Part shown: positions 63,801-64,000 of the stretch, piece by piece
Numbering within the stretch: the first letter of the stretch is position 1
Layout: each line of letters starts with the position of its first letter
Source: Zootoca vivipara
Lineage: Eukaryota
NCBI RefSeq assembly: GCF_963506605.1
Contig: NC_083277.1
Coordinates: 62,682,001 to 62,746,000 of the forward strand
Reading direction: 5' to 3'
DNA: 64,000 nucleotides
The notes under the pieces: generated by a model
Told to the model about the DNA's origin: nothing
Databases searched by the model: none
The model's input: only the letters and a program-made list of their open reading frames with translations
Made by a program: the position numbers and the translations under genes

Positions 63801-63920
63801 TTCAGCTTCCAAAGTTCAACTCTATTTCAGATATAGACAAGAAGCTTAAGGGTACAAGTATGCAAGCACCGGTAGTTTTTAATTAAAAGGGGACATTGCT
63901 AATTATTTATTAACAATGAT

Positions 63921-64000
63921 TCTAGATTCAGGTAGGTAGCCATGTCGGTCTGATGTAGTCAAAATAAATATAATAAAAAATTGTCCAGTAGCACCTTATA
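63921..64000. mobile_element. Penelope-like element end (runs off the window)
   Basis: caggtaggtagccatgtcggtctg...ccagtagcaccttat matches the start of the 23643 element. Confidence 0.65.

Overview
Vertebrate (squamate, probably lacertid lizard) genomic DNA. The + strand carries the 3' ~three-quarters of the protocadherin gene FAT2: 20 coding exons between 1176 and 52547, all with GT..AG boundaries and compatible phases, 9534 nt in total (3177 aa plus stop, ending [11 protein letters not shown]), followed by a 3' UTR with AATAAA at 53879. About 6.5 kb downstream, a CpG island contains coding exon 1 of a melatonin receptor; synteny with FAT2 suggests the Mel1d/MTNR1A-like paralogue. The introns hold squamate repeats: Sauria SINE, Squam3-like and tRNA/CR1 SINEs, L2, CR1, L1, BovB/RTE, hAT and pogo MITEs, and Penelope hairpins. 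Most notable is a very young 3.25-kb non-autonomous Ty3/Gypsy (Tf1/sushi-type) LTR element. It has two apparently identical 454-bp LTRs, a 5-bp TSD and an exact 11-nt self-priming PBS, and its single open 731-aa ORF is a mosaic of catalytically dead Gag/PR/IN remnants with no RT or RNase H. Other highlights: a minimal hammerhead ribozyme in a Penelope hairpin, an inverted ~450-bp duplication 25 kb apart within the pre-mRNA, SINEs with different tRNA heads on one CR1 tail, a truncated U2 retrocopy, and a third intact EGF repeat in FAT2. All calls are from manual reading; no database searches were run.
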